NCBI RefSeq assembly: GCF_001194135.2
Contig: NC_068984.1
Span: 64,489,245-64,553,244, forward strand
Direction of reading: 5' to 3'
DNA length: 64,000 nucleotides
From: Octopus bimaculoides
Lineage: Eukaryota
Shown here: positions 52,878 to 64,000 of the stretch, piece by piece
Layout: every line of letters starts with the position of its first letter
Position numbering within the stretch: position 1 is the stretch's first letter
The notes under the pieces: model-generated
What the model saw: only the letters and a program-made list of their open reading frames with translations
Databases searched by the model: none
What the model was told of the DNA's origin: nothing
Translations under genes and position numbers: made by a program

Positions 52878-53202
52878 TCATAAATAAAAGATCTTTGTTT
52901 TGATGGGTCAGCCAAGCAAGAGCTGATTGGAAGATAAAATAACAACAGCAATAAGGCCACTGACTTCAATTGCATACTACAATTTCAAGAGCTGAGAATT
53001 ATTTCAGGCATGACAGTTAGTTAAGAAATTTACTTCACATCATCGTCCCAGGTTTGATTTCAGTGCATGCCAAGTGTCTTTTTCTAAGGCCTCATTTTGA
53101 CCAAATCCTTATGAAAGAAATTTGGTAGAGAGGAACTGTGGGCAAAACCCCATCAATTTGTATGTTTGTATTTATGTATGTATGCATGTATCTGTGCATG
53201 TA

Positions 53203-53385
53203 TCATCATCATCGTTTAACGTCCGCTTTCCATGCTAGCATGGGTTGGACGATTTGACTGAGGACTGGTGAAACCAGATGGCTACACCAGGCTACAATCT
53301 GATTTGGCAGAGTTTCTACAGCTGGATGCCCTTCCTAATAACGCCAACCACTCAGAGAGTGTAGTGGGTGTTTTTACGTGATATG
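53203..53385 (-). mobile_element. RTE LINE 3' tail fragment
   Basis: CATCATCGTTTAACGTCCGCTTTCCATGCTAGCATGGGTTGGACG is a near-exact reverse complement of the 55300-55360 tail. Confidence 0.88.
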
Positions 53386-53701
53386 TGTGCATGTATGTGT
53401 GTTTATGTTTGAACTGATCTAAAAAGTACAACTAATTGTCCAAGTTATGCCCCTATTATGTCCAGTAACTTAGCAGTTTGATAAATAGATTCCAATAAAA
53501 TAGGCACCAAATCAAAATAAGCACTGAAGACAATATGATCAACTAAAATGCTAATGGGTGATGCCCCCAGCATGGCAACAGTCCAGTGACTAGAACCAGT
53601 TAGAGTTCACAATGTAAAATTTTATTTTTTTAAATTTAGTTTCCTAAACTCTATAAAATAATTAATATCATCACTTCTAACATTCATAAAGTACCTTACA
53701 G

Positions 53702-53763
53702 CAGTGGCCCCTAATCTTTTTGCACCATAGACTACTTTCTTGCAAGACAATTTTTCCACAGAC
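53702..53763 (+). mobile_element. Solo hAT (Charlie-like) terminal fragment
   Basis: CAGTGGCCCCTAATCTTTTTGCACCATAGACTACTTTCTTGCAAGACAATTTTTCCACAGAC has the form of a Charlie-group hAT end. No partner TIR is seen. Confidence 0.5.
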
Positions 53764-53837
53764 CAGAGCATTACATGCATAACAAAACAATAAGATGCAT
53801 GTATATATATATGTATATATATATGTAATTATCACAT

Positions 53838-54252
53838 ACTTTTATTTGTTTCATTCATTTGACTGTGATCATGCTGGAGCACTGTCTTTAGTCAAACAAA
53901 CTGACCCCAGGACTTATTCTTTATAAGCCTAGTACTTATTCTATTGGTCTCTTTTGCCAAACTATTAAGTTACAGGGACATAAACACAGCAACATCAGTT
54001 GTCAAGCAATGGTGTTGGTGGGGACAAACACAGACACACATACACAAACATATACACAAACACACACACACATACATATATATACTTATACATACGATGG
54101 GCTTCTTTCAATTTCTGTCTACCAAACCCACTCTCATGGCTCAAGCTGGCCCAAGGCTATAGTAGAAGACACTTGCCGAAGGTGCCATGCAATGGGACTG
54201 AACCTGGAACTATGTGGTTAGTAGCAAGCTACTTACCACACAGCCACTCTTG
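53838..54252 (-). mobile_element. SINE family A copy
   Basis: Same modules. Confidence 0.85.
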
Positions 54253-54907
54253 TACATATATATTATATATATAATGCAAAAACACTCCACAGACTGCATG
54301 AGTCAATAAAATAGAAATGAAAAAAAAAGGCATGAGAGGGGTGATGTATACCCTGTGTGCAGATAAAATGTTTCACAAATTAGTGTGGCTTACAATGTGT
54401 TGCTTACCCATACTTTTTAATTGAACTGAATTAAGTTTTGTAAGTATTTGACTAAAAGAGGATTATTGCATAGAATTTGAGAAGTGTTTTCAATGTCTTT
54501 CAATGATGGCAGGGGAATCAAACATGCTGTAGTTCGTTGTTGGATATAAATAATATGACCACTTGCTTATTGGGAAATTTGTAAGTTCTATTATTTTTTA
54601 ATCATTATAGGTATTTATACACCAGTGAAATTAAGAAATCAACTCGTAAATAAACGAAACCCTTGAATCCATCACTGTGCACGCACACTCACACACAGAG
54701 TTGCATATCTATGTATATTTGAAGATAATTGAACCAAATTTTCATAATTTTGAGTCGCTCATCCAATGAGTATTTCTGCCAAATGTGGTGAAAATCTGTT
54801 CAGCTGTTTTCTAGTAATTTTGAAAACACACAGACAAACAGACGAAGATGAGCGATTACAATGCCCTGCTTTTACTTACATGTTTTTAAATTTATTCTTC
54901 CGAACAT

Positions 54908-55372
54908 AAGAAGCGTCAATAGTGGTGTGCAAGAGAGACGATTGCGCTGGTTTGGACATGTGGTGAGAATGAATGAGGATAGCTGCATGAAAAAGTGCCA
55001 CTCCCTAACAGTTGAGTGAACCCGTGGAAGAGGTAGGCCCAGGAAGACCTAGGCTGAGGTGGTGAGGCAAGACCTTCGTACATTGGGCCTCACCGAGGCG
55101 ATGACTACTGACCGAGACCTTTGGAAATGTGCTGTGCGTGAGAAGACCCGGCAAGCCAAGTGAGATCGTTGCCAGTGCCCCTGGACTGGCTCTTGTGCGG
55201 GTGGCACATAAAAGACACCATTTCGAGCGTGGCTGTTTTCGTGCGGGTGAAAATCTGCCAAATTAGATTGTTGCCTGGTGTAGCCATCCGGTTGCACCAG
55301 TCCTCAGTCAAATCGTCCAACCCATGCTAGCATGGAAAGCGGACGTTAAACGATGATGATGATGATGATGAT
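54908..55372 (+). mobile_element. 5'-truncated RTE-clade LINE (end of ORF, 3' UTR, (GAT)n tail)
   Basis: Translates VQERRLRWFGHVVRMNEDSC...RGRGRPRKT*AEVVRQDLRTLGLTEAMTTDRDLW, the typical RTE C-terminus. Ends CATGGAAAGCGGACGTTAAAC(GAT)n. Confidence 0.9.
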
Positions 55373-57231
55373 GTGCAACCTTGTACTGGTTCACAGCCCA
55401 ATGGTTGGGAGCTCTATCTTAGAGAATAAGGCAAATATCTAACTTTAATGTAACACTTTGAAGAAGAACAAGCTTTCTTTACTAGAATCACTGAAATATT
55501 GTTCTTGTAATGTTTTGCATAAACTTAGTACTCAAAGTTAACAGTCCAGTTCTTCAACTTGTGTCAAAGATTAAAACAATCTTAACAACTATCTAAGTTA
55601 GAATTCTTGACTTGTTTCATGACAAGCTAATTAATCTACATGAATTCTCTGTTGCAACCAGAGGTCAAGTGGTATCAGCTGTGCTTATATAAATGCTATT
55701 ACCAATGATTTCCCATGAAATCTAGGAAATATTAAAGATTACAATACATGTAATTAATCACCAGTCACTTTTAATCTTGCATAATAGAAAAGTTAAGAAT
55801 TTTTTTTTTTTTCTCAACCATATCTATTTTACTAAATTATTCAAATGAAAGCAATTAACAAACTAATTTTTGAACATGCTGTATAATCATTTAAAATTGG
55901 AAACATCATCATTGGCATACATCAACTATTTATTGCCAAGACAATTCAATATGCAAATTTTCTACAAGAAAATATAGAAAATTTTTTAGAAATGTTTGTG
56001 TCCAATACTTTGTTTTCTTATTTTATACACTTTCAGTCTTCTTATCTGTTTTAACTCACAAATAAATAAATTGATAATTGCAAAGGTCATGCCATAACCA
56101 TTATAAATGGTGTCAGCAACTCTTACTCATTAACAACATGATTTACTCAATGTTTTATTATTTATTGCAAAAGCCGCAAGCTCCTACTAATGAAAGTTAA
56201 GTGATTAATTATAGCTATTTTTAAAACTGTTTTCTTTTACGGAAAGTAACTATTTTAAGAATTGCAGAAATTTATGATTATGAAGGCTGTAGATCACCGA
56301 TAATATATATGCATATATATATATTATCATTATTATTATTATAATAAGAAAATTAATCTGACAGAGGGAGTGAATTCAGAAAGGTTAGAATGATTATAAA
56401 AGGTGGTGAATACTTAATATGAAATAGATATCCAGTTTGAGACTAAAAATCATTACAGACTTCAAATTGCATTTTTATTCAAAATCCGCTGACAGCTAAG
56501 TTCCTCCACCGAAATCACTACGATATATTTATTTTTAACAACTAACATTCAGATTATTTGAAAACAGAAGAGAAAAAACAAAAAAGAGAACAAAAACAAA
56601 TAAATAAAAGACTAGAGTTATTGGTATTATAGATTTGTTGTTTGTGTTTTGTTTTGTTTTCCTTTTTTTCTGATGTAGCATATATAAAGACATGAATATT
56701 CAGGAAGCTTAATAGATATCTCATCAAGGTCAGAATTGATTGATTAAGAATAATAACGAAACTCAGCAGTGTAAATAAAATCTCTGTTCATATTAGATCA
56801 TTTGAAATATATAGAACATTTTATTTATCTAGTGAATGACTGCCAATAATAAAGGCTTCAGGGGGTTTTACTTTTTTTTATTTTTTTTTATTTGGTCTTT
56901 TGCTAAATTATAGTTGATGGGAATTGACCTCCTGAATCAGAATTAATGAATAATAAAAACCATCGAAGTATAAAGACAGAAGACGAAAATCAAATGAAAC
57001 AAAGAAATACAACTTAATGAAACTTCAAAGTACATTTTCATTGTTCCCTTAAAATGTTACTACTGTTATACTGTAATATTGATGTGTTTATAATACTGTG
57101 ATCAAAACCCCAATAGTTAGAGACGGAAAGTTTGTTCATAAATCTGACAAACATTTCGCTGGCAAACCTTCCAATATTATTAGAAAGGTCATCATATGAA
57201 TTATTGATGCAAAGTCAGATTCCACATATAG

Positions 57232-57267
57232 GTATTGGGCATTCAAGCAATTAATCAATTTATTGGT

Positions 57268-57305
<38 letters not shown>

Positions 57306-57389
57306 CAGATACAAATAAGAGAGGGAGAGAATGTGTGTGTGTGTGTGTGTATGACCAGCAAATTGATTAATGGCTTGCCTGCTTGGTGC
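57232..57389. repeat. Imperfect foldback of ~158 bp built around CA/TG microsatellites
   Basis: CAAGCAATTAATCAATTTATTGGTTATACACACAC versus the reverse complement of GTGTGTGTATGACCAGCAAATTGATTAATGGCTTG: 4 mismatches over about 35 bp. Confidence 0.8.
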
Positions 57390-58140
57390 TGTGTAGATAA
57401 AAGGCAACCAAGAATATAAGTATGATGAATGTCATGCCATAAATGAAAAGGTTTCTTTTATTTTGTGTGGCTTTTTTTTTTTTTTTCCTTTTGGCTCCTT
57501 TTTACTTGGTATATCATAATTTCATATAGAACTTATGAAATTCTAGTTCTCTGCAAATTCCAGAGGAAGAAAATGGTAATACTTCACTAAAATCATTTTT
57601 CCAAGTAAATGAAAACTTTCAATGTTGAGTGTCATAGACAGAGTCCAAAAGTTGTATTCCTGTACTTGGCTATATTTTTACTCAGAAATTCTTACCTAAT
57701 GTTGGTTAACTTAATCATGATTATGAAAGGAACAGTTCTCTAAGAGGGCAATTCAAAGGGTTTCTGAAGTTGAGAATGATAACATCTAAAAGATGCTTCT
57801 CTTTTATTCACTTTTGGTGAATGTAGCCTTGACCAAAAAGCGCAGATATTATCAGACTGGCTCCAAAGATCAATGGCTTGTTTCAACTCTGAACTATAGC
57901 ATTCTCCTGCTGGTAGATTGGCAGTGAGTCACTGTCTATTTCCTCATGGCTTTCAGCTTAGCTCAGATAGTGGAGTGAATGGGGTGGGGGATAGCTTAGG
58001 TTTTAATGTGAGATCTGGAAAAAGATGCTGCCTAGACAAGAGTAACTCAGATCACATCATTGATGTGGAAAAGTTATATTTATGGTTAACAAATGAGACC
58101 TTAATTGTTTCTGATTTAGGTACAAGGCTAGTGATTTAAA

Positions 58141-58264
58141 AAGTAAAGGGGGTGTAATTGAAGGTGTTAACCCTTGTACTCAACTGGCACTTTACTTTAT
58201 GACCCCTGAAAGGATGAAAGGCAAACTCGATGCTCCAATGATTCTTGCTGCCAGCTTGCTACTT
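58141..58264 (-). mobile_element. SINE family B fragment
   Basis: CAACTGGCACTTTACTTTATGACCCCTGAAAGGATGAAAGGCAAACTCGA...GCCAGCTTGC. Confidence 0.65.
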
Positions 58265-59312
58265 TGAGACAAGATCTGAATAAAAACAAAGTTTTTGGTT
58301 GTATTGGTGATTTTGTCCATGATGAGTGGTGAGCTCAACCATATTATTTTTCTCTTCCTGACTCAGCTTTGGGGAGAGTCTCCTCTTTATACCTATTTCT
58401 CGCTAAATGATGTACTATCTTGATACATCATTCTAATGCAGAGTCAATCCACTTGAAAATGTCTCTGTCAGAGTATTGCACAGAATGTTGAGCAGTATTT
58501 GTCTCTGGCACTTTATCTTTTAAGTTCAAATTTTATCAAGCTTTCTAGTAACATCTATGTCAATTAATATACACAGTATTTTAGTATGAATCAGTAGTTA
58601 CACACTGTGGAAACACAATAATTTTGCAGATTTATATATCATGCCTTGTGCCTCCAAGCAATCCTTCATAACTGGCTTTATTTGAAAAAAAAAGGATGCT
58701 GGTCTATGAGAAAACACAAAAGAAAAACGAAAAGGTAGATGCAAAAGAGGTAGAATGAAAAAACAAAAAGTAAATGAAAACAGATAAAGAAAGAAAAGAA
58801 AACTGAGAACTGCATCCCCTTTGTCCGTCGGAATCATAAAAGATATAGATATAGATGCATATATATATATTTTCAAACTACATCAAGAAATGCATTACAA
58901 AGGATAAGCCTTTGAGCAAACTCAATAAACTAATGTTTACAGCCTTTATATTGTGTAGACAAATTGAATTAAACAGTTTGAGGTGTAAATATATCAAAAT
59001 AAATATGGATATTGTAGGACATGCCATGCTTATCGGTTGGCATTATTCAATTCCTTCATTGCTACTAGTTGTTTTCTGACACCAAAGCTGATACATGAAG
59101 GGCATTTAATAATGCAGAATATGTTTTTGAATCTGTACATTCAGGATTCACATAAGGATTTTGATTTGCTAGCAGGAAGAATATAACAGTTGAGGTGAAT
59201 ATAAGACATCATAACAAATGTTGCCTATGGCTGCAAAACTCTATATGCTGAACATATCTAAACTACGTTGACTGTTGATATAGGTACATTAATGCAAAGT
59301 TATTATATTAAA

Positions 59313-59354
<42 letters not shown>

Positions 59355-59648
59355 AATACACACACAGAGATAGATAGATAGATATATATATATATACACA
59401 TACACACTATTTATGTATGAATGAATAAATGAAAGGATGAATGACTGAATGAATAAATGTATTATTTGACTCTCTGTCTGATCTGAAAAATTTGTAATAG
59501 AAAATTTCTTACATGTTTCTCCAGCATGTACAACTTGGTGGTTTCTATTAGCAAATGAAACATGTGTAATGGTGAATAAGTAAATACAAAAAGAATTTTC
59601 CAGCTTCCTGTTTTGCTATATATCATCATCTCGATGATAATGATAATA

Positions 59649-59838
59649 ATCATCCTTTAATGTCCATTTTCCATGGGTTGGATGGTTTGACAGGAGCTGG
59701 AAAAACTGGGGGCACACCAGGCTCCATCCATTGTCTGCTCTGGCATGGTTTTTTTTTCATAGCAAACTGCCCTTCCTAAAGCCCCTCACTTTACAGAGCG
59801 TACTGAATGTTTTTTACATGGCACTAGCACCAGTGCTT
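59649..59838 (-). mobile_element. RTE-type 3' tail fragment
   Basis: CATCCTTTAATGTCCATTTTCCATGGGTTGGATGG...CCCTTCCTAAAGCC. Confidence 0.65.
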
Positions 59839-59934
59839 TAATATAGACACGCATACACATATATCATTATTATTTTAATGTCCACTTTTTCATGCATGTT
59901 AAGGTAGATTTTTTATGATGGATGTGTTTTCAAG

Positions 59935-60035
59935 ATCAATAAAATAAGTACCAGTTGAGCGATGGGGTCAATGTAATCGATTTATCTACGTCCTCAAAAT
60001 TGCTGGCCTTGTGCCAAAATCTGAAACCACTACTG
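59935..60035 (+). mobile_element. SINE family B, 3' half
   Basis: AAAATAAGTACCAGTTGAGCGATGGGGTCAATGTAATCGA...GGCCTTGTGCCAAAATCTGAAACC. Confidence 0.75.
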
Positions 60036-63000
60036 TGAGTTAAGTAACAGAAATGCATACTCAAGGCAAAGTTGAAACAGTCTCCATGTCTGCTTCTATC
60101 ATTAAATATATAATCAATAGGGAGCATCTATTTCACCAATTATCTTTTAAAAGTTTGTAAACTAAGAATGCTGTAAACTGATGTGATCTACTAATTACAT
60201 ATCATGCCACATTTGATTAATTACAAGGACAATTACCATATTTGGTTAATTACAACAAGGACGATTTCAAACATTGTTTAATATTTTTGCTTTCTGTTTC
60301 ATAACTAGTTCTCAAGCCCTAATATTATGTGACATATGAATGTCTTATACATAACATTAAGTACCTGCATTGTAGGGCTTGTCTGTTAATTCAAATTCAA
60401 ATCTTGCAATGCTTCATGCAAATTTTCCCACTACAAATTATATATGTATGATTTTTGTTATATGAATGATAAAAGTGAAATATTATTATCTATCAGACAT
60501 ATCTCTAGGGCAATGATGCCTTGTTTTTGTTTATGTTCTTCTTTTAGTTGTGTAAAGCAAATTTTCCACACATGAACTAACTTTTAAGAGGTAAGAAATT
60601 ACAACCTATTTCAAACATTAAGTTTGTTAGACTAACTAAATGAAATGTGATGACAGAAGTGGAGCTGAGTGGAAGAACTATGGAAGTACGCTATAAAAAG
60701 ACTGATGGCTACTGTGTGAAGTATTTGCAATGAAATTGTTTAGTGAAGCAGAAAAATGAAATGAAAGTGATAGATTAAGAGAGATAGTTTTAGTAGAAAA
60801 TGATGAGACAACGTAGATGATAGTTTGGGAAAGACAGACAGAGAATGAAGACAATTTGTTCATTGTAGACATATATGTTGAAACGACATACTACTCTCCA
60901 TTTGTTCACTTATTGATAGAATTTTCCACAAAATGACAGTTTTATATTCCTTCAAAGTAAGCCATTAATAGAGTCCTTCCATCAATTCTTAATACATGCT
61001 AAAATCAATCAGTTTTAGCTGAATTTTTATAGGCAAGGCAAAATATCAATTTCTTTCACTTGGACCATTCCAGTTTAGTTTAGAAATAATTTTTTAAAAA
61101 AAGTTTCTTTGTATTTGATTTTCTTTTATATCATTTATTTGGTTATATTTCTACCCCACACCCTGAAAAGTTATATGATCAAGAAAATTTTATAACATTA
61201 AGAATAAATGCATATAAAAATTTAAATAAAATAAAATATCACTTTTATCTTAAGATAATATTTTTCTTTTAATTGCTTCTAAAAAAATTAAAAAAGGAAA
61301 TAAATCTTTACTTGTTCCACATATTTATTATAACTAATTGAATATTTAATCTCTTGCTTAATAATTTTTTTTGTATTATTTGCTTCTATTTCTTTATAGT
61401 TTTTGATGTATTTTTTCCTAATCATTGTTTTATATAATGTTTGTCTTTTTTCTTTCTATTGAAATTGGTTACATGAAAAAGATAAAAAAATTAAAAAGAA
61501 AAATATAATGAAGAAAAATAAGAGATAACAGAAAAAAAAATCTCCCCCATCTGTTGGTAGTCAAGGCAACTTCTTTGTCAATCTACGTTAACAACTTGTT
61601 TTCACACATTCCACAGACAGTAGATCTTCAGATGAGACATCACATTTTGAAAATGGTTTGATATAAAATCAATAAATTCCATTATTTTTCAATTTACTCC
61701 AACTTTTAGGTGGTAGTGGATAGGAGTGAACATTTTTAAAAGTGCCAACAGCTTATAGAATATACATGATCTGAGGGCAGATGTGTATAAGTGTATCTAT
61801 TTATGTGTTGTAAATATGAATGTATGCATCTGTGTTTTATACCAATAGCTAAGTGACTAGGTGTATGTACATATTTATGAGAGGGAGAGATTACTGTGTA
61901 TGCATCTGAGTGTATTTTTCACAAAAATATGTTTCCATATATGCATGTAAAGTAATATGCATGTATTCAAAAAATCATGCAAGCACACTTGAATATATTT
62001 ATCTGTTTACACATACATATACATAGTAATTTCTTCAGCTCCAGGTGATTCCTAATAGAACCGACCTATTATCAAAATTATTCCAACCATAACTAGACAG
62101 TCTTTATTACATACAATAAATCTAGAACTAAATTATTGTGTGATGATTTGAGGGAGATTTAACAGCTATTTCTTGAGGGGCTAATAGTTGTGCTGCTCAT
62201 TTATTTCAATGTGTACATAGAAGCATTTAGAATTTCATAACTAGGTGAATCAATAAAACCACATGATCAATCAGCCTAAGGGCTCAACAGAATATACTTT
62301 ATGTCTGGTGCTATGTTTCTCAATAATTCACTTAATATACAGATGACATAGGCCATCAGGTTGTAGATAGAGGATATGCAAAGTCACAGCTCACCACGTT
62401 AAGCAAACTGATACTGTATTTTATTTTTTATGTCAACCATAATCCTCCCTCAGGATAGTATGAAGAATTATGGGCTTCATTGCTCTTAGATATATTACAT
62501 TAGGTTTAGTACTCAGTGACACAGCAATAAGATGATTTGAGAATACACAAAATATAAATAAGTAGTTGTTCATGCACCTACAGTTTTACATGTGTATAGC
62601 TACCTTGTGTACCTCTCTAACCACCATCTCTGCCACTATTCATCTAACTCTTCCTCCACTCTCACATCTTGCACATCATCTCCATACTTTCTGATCTTTC
62701 TACAGATTTATAATAATACTGCTCTCCACACTTCATGTGACACTGCTTGTCACTTCCACCTTCTATTTCTTTCATCTTCTCATTCCACACTGATATTTAC
62801 CATCAACCACACCATAACATGTGTTCATCACTCACTACAACCACCACCAGCTTCATCTCAACCTACCTGTTAATCTCCTCTCATACTCCTATTAAACTAC
62901 CCATCTTTTCCTTCCACTGCCCAATCCATGGTCTCTATTCTCCCTAATACTTATCTTCTTGTATCTTGAGAATAAACTCTTACACCCTATCACCACCACC

Positions 63001-63199
63001 TTTATTTCTCATATAGTTACTGTCACCTGCTCACATATAATGTGGAGTAGCTATGAATTTCTTTTATAGCAAAACACCTGTGCTTGTCCTTCTATAATAC
63101 TTTAGCCTTTAACATCTAGCATAACTCCACATCCTCCTTCTCAAATGTACTGCCACTCAGTCGAAAAAAACTTTTCCATTTCCTTCTTTTTGTCTTGCA

Positions 63200-63393
63200 A
63201 GTTACTTGGCAACCTCACTAGTGCTGGTGTCAAAAGCAAATTCACACTACAAAATGGTTGATGTTAAGAAGGGGATCTAGCTGTAGAAACTATGCCAAAG
63301 CTGACATTGGGTCCTGACATAGTTCTGTAGTTCAATGGATCCTGTCAATCAGTCTAACCTATGCCAGCATGGAATACAGACATTAACTGATGG

Positions 63394-63426
<33 letters not shown>
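63200..63426 (+). mobile_element. RTE-type 3' tail with (GAT)n
   Basis: ACCTCACTAGTGCTGGTG...CTAACCTATGCCAGCATGGAATACAGACATTAAC(TGA)n. Confidence 0.7.
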
Positions 63427-63429
<3 letters not shown>

Positions 63430-64000
63430 ATGAATGGCTTCATGTATGATAACAGGTTGGCTTGTACTTATTTATAAATTGTTGCTTAATGCTCATTAAT
63501 GAAAATCGTTAGGTAACGATATAATGCTTATAAACATATACATATATGCATTATATGCATATTCTAAAACTTTTGAAGCATGAAATTACATTTACATGTG
63601 TTAATATGCCTAAATTCTGTCATATATATATATATACATATATAATTATGTGTATTTCTTCTATCTTAATGAATAAAAATTCTTCTGATAGAATAAATGG
63701 GTTAATAGAAACCAATGTAGCAAAGAACACAAAATAACTGTGGTTTAGTTCCTGTTTTTAAGGCAGGGACTCCTTGAAATTTTGGGTATTTGAGTATATT
63801 TAAGAATTTAAGGAATGGAGAAAACGCATGTTATAATTGCATACTTTATTCCTACATATGTTTCAAAGGATTACAACCTGTGTGATCCATAGGGATCTTT
63901 GATATTAAAATTGTAACCTTCTCATCAGGGAAAGCATGGGAATTATCTTAAACGTAAGACATTATGACCGATTATGAAAACAATAGATGGATAAGGTTAT

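Overview
AT-rich, microsatellite-saturated animal genomic DNA with nine N gaps totalling about 2.1 kb. The SINE and LINE families look like octopus (cephalopod) repeats; this is recognition from memory, not a database hit. One protein-coding gene is supported: the 3' half of a minus-strand CUB-domain gene resembling SOL-1 (suppressor of lurcher 1, an ionotropic glutamate receptor auxiliary protein). I rebuilt five exons with consistent splice phases: 40560-40370, a 39-nt microexon at 24470-24432 that is absent from the ORF track, 19326-19155, 18090-17870 and 14622-14498. The protein ends in a GPI-signal-like hydrophobic tail. The upstream exons were not found, so they lie beyond 64000 or in a gap. 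The introns hold tRNA-derived SINEs, RTE-clade LINE fragments, a decayed DD37D (maT) Tc1/mariner, hAT, piggyBac and Tc1 MITEs, and a probable non-autonomous Helitron. The most unusual object is a 540-bp palindromic insertion at 39645-40184, bounded by a perfect 12-bp target-site duplication. It consists of two head-to-head copies of a unit made of a tRNA-like Pol III head, an (AAT)n linker and a minimal type I hammerhead ribozyme of the kind carried by Penelope-like elements. It may be a ribozyme-bearing, Penelope-mobilised SINE. Most ORFs in the supplied track are microsatellite or gap artefacts.
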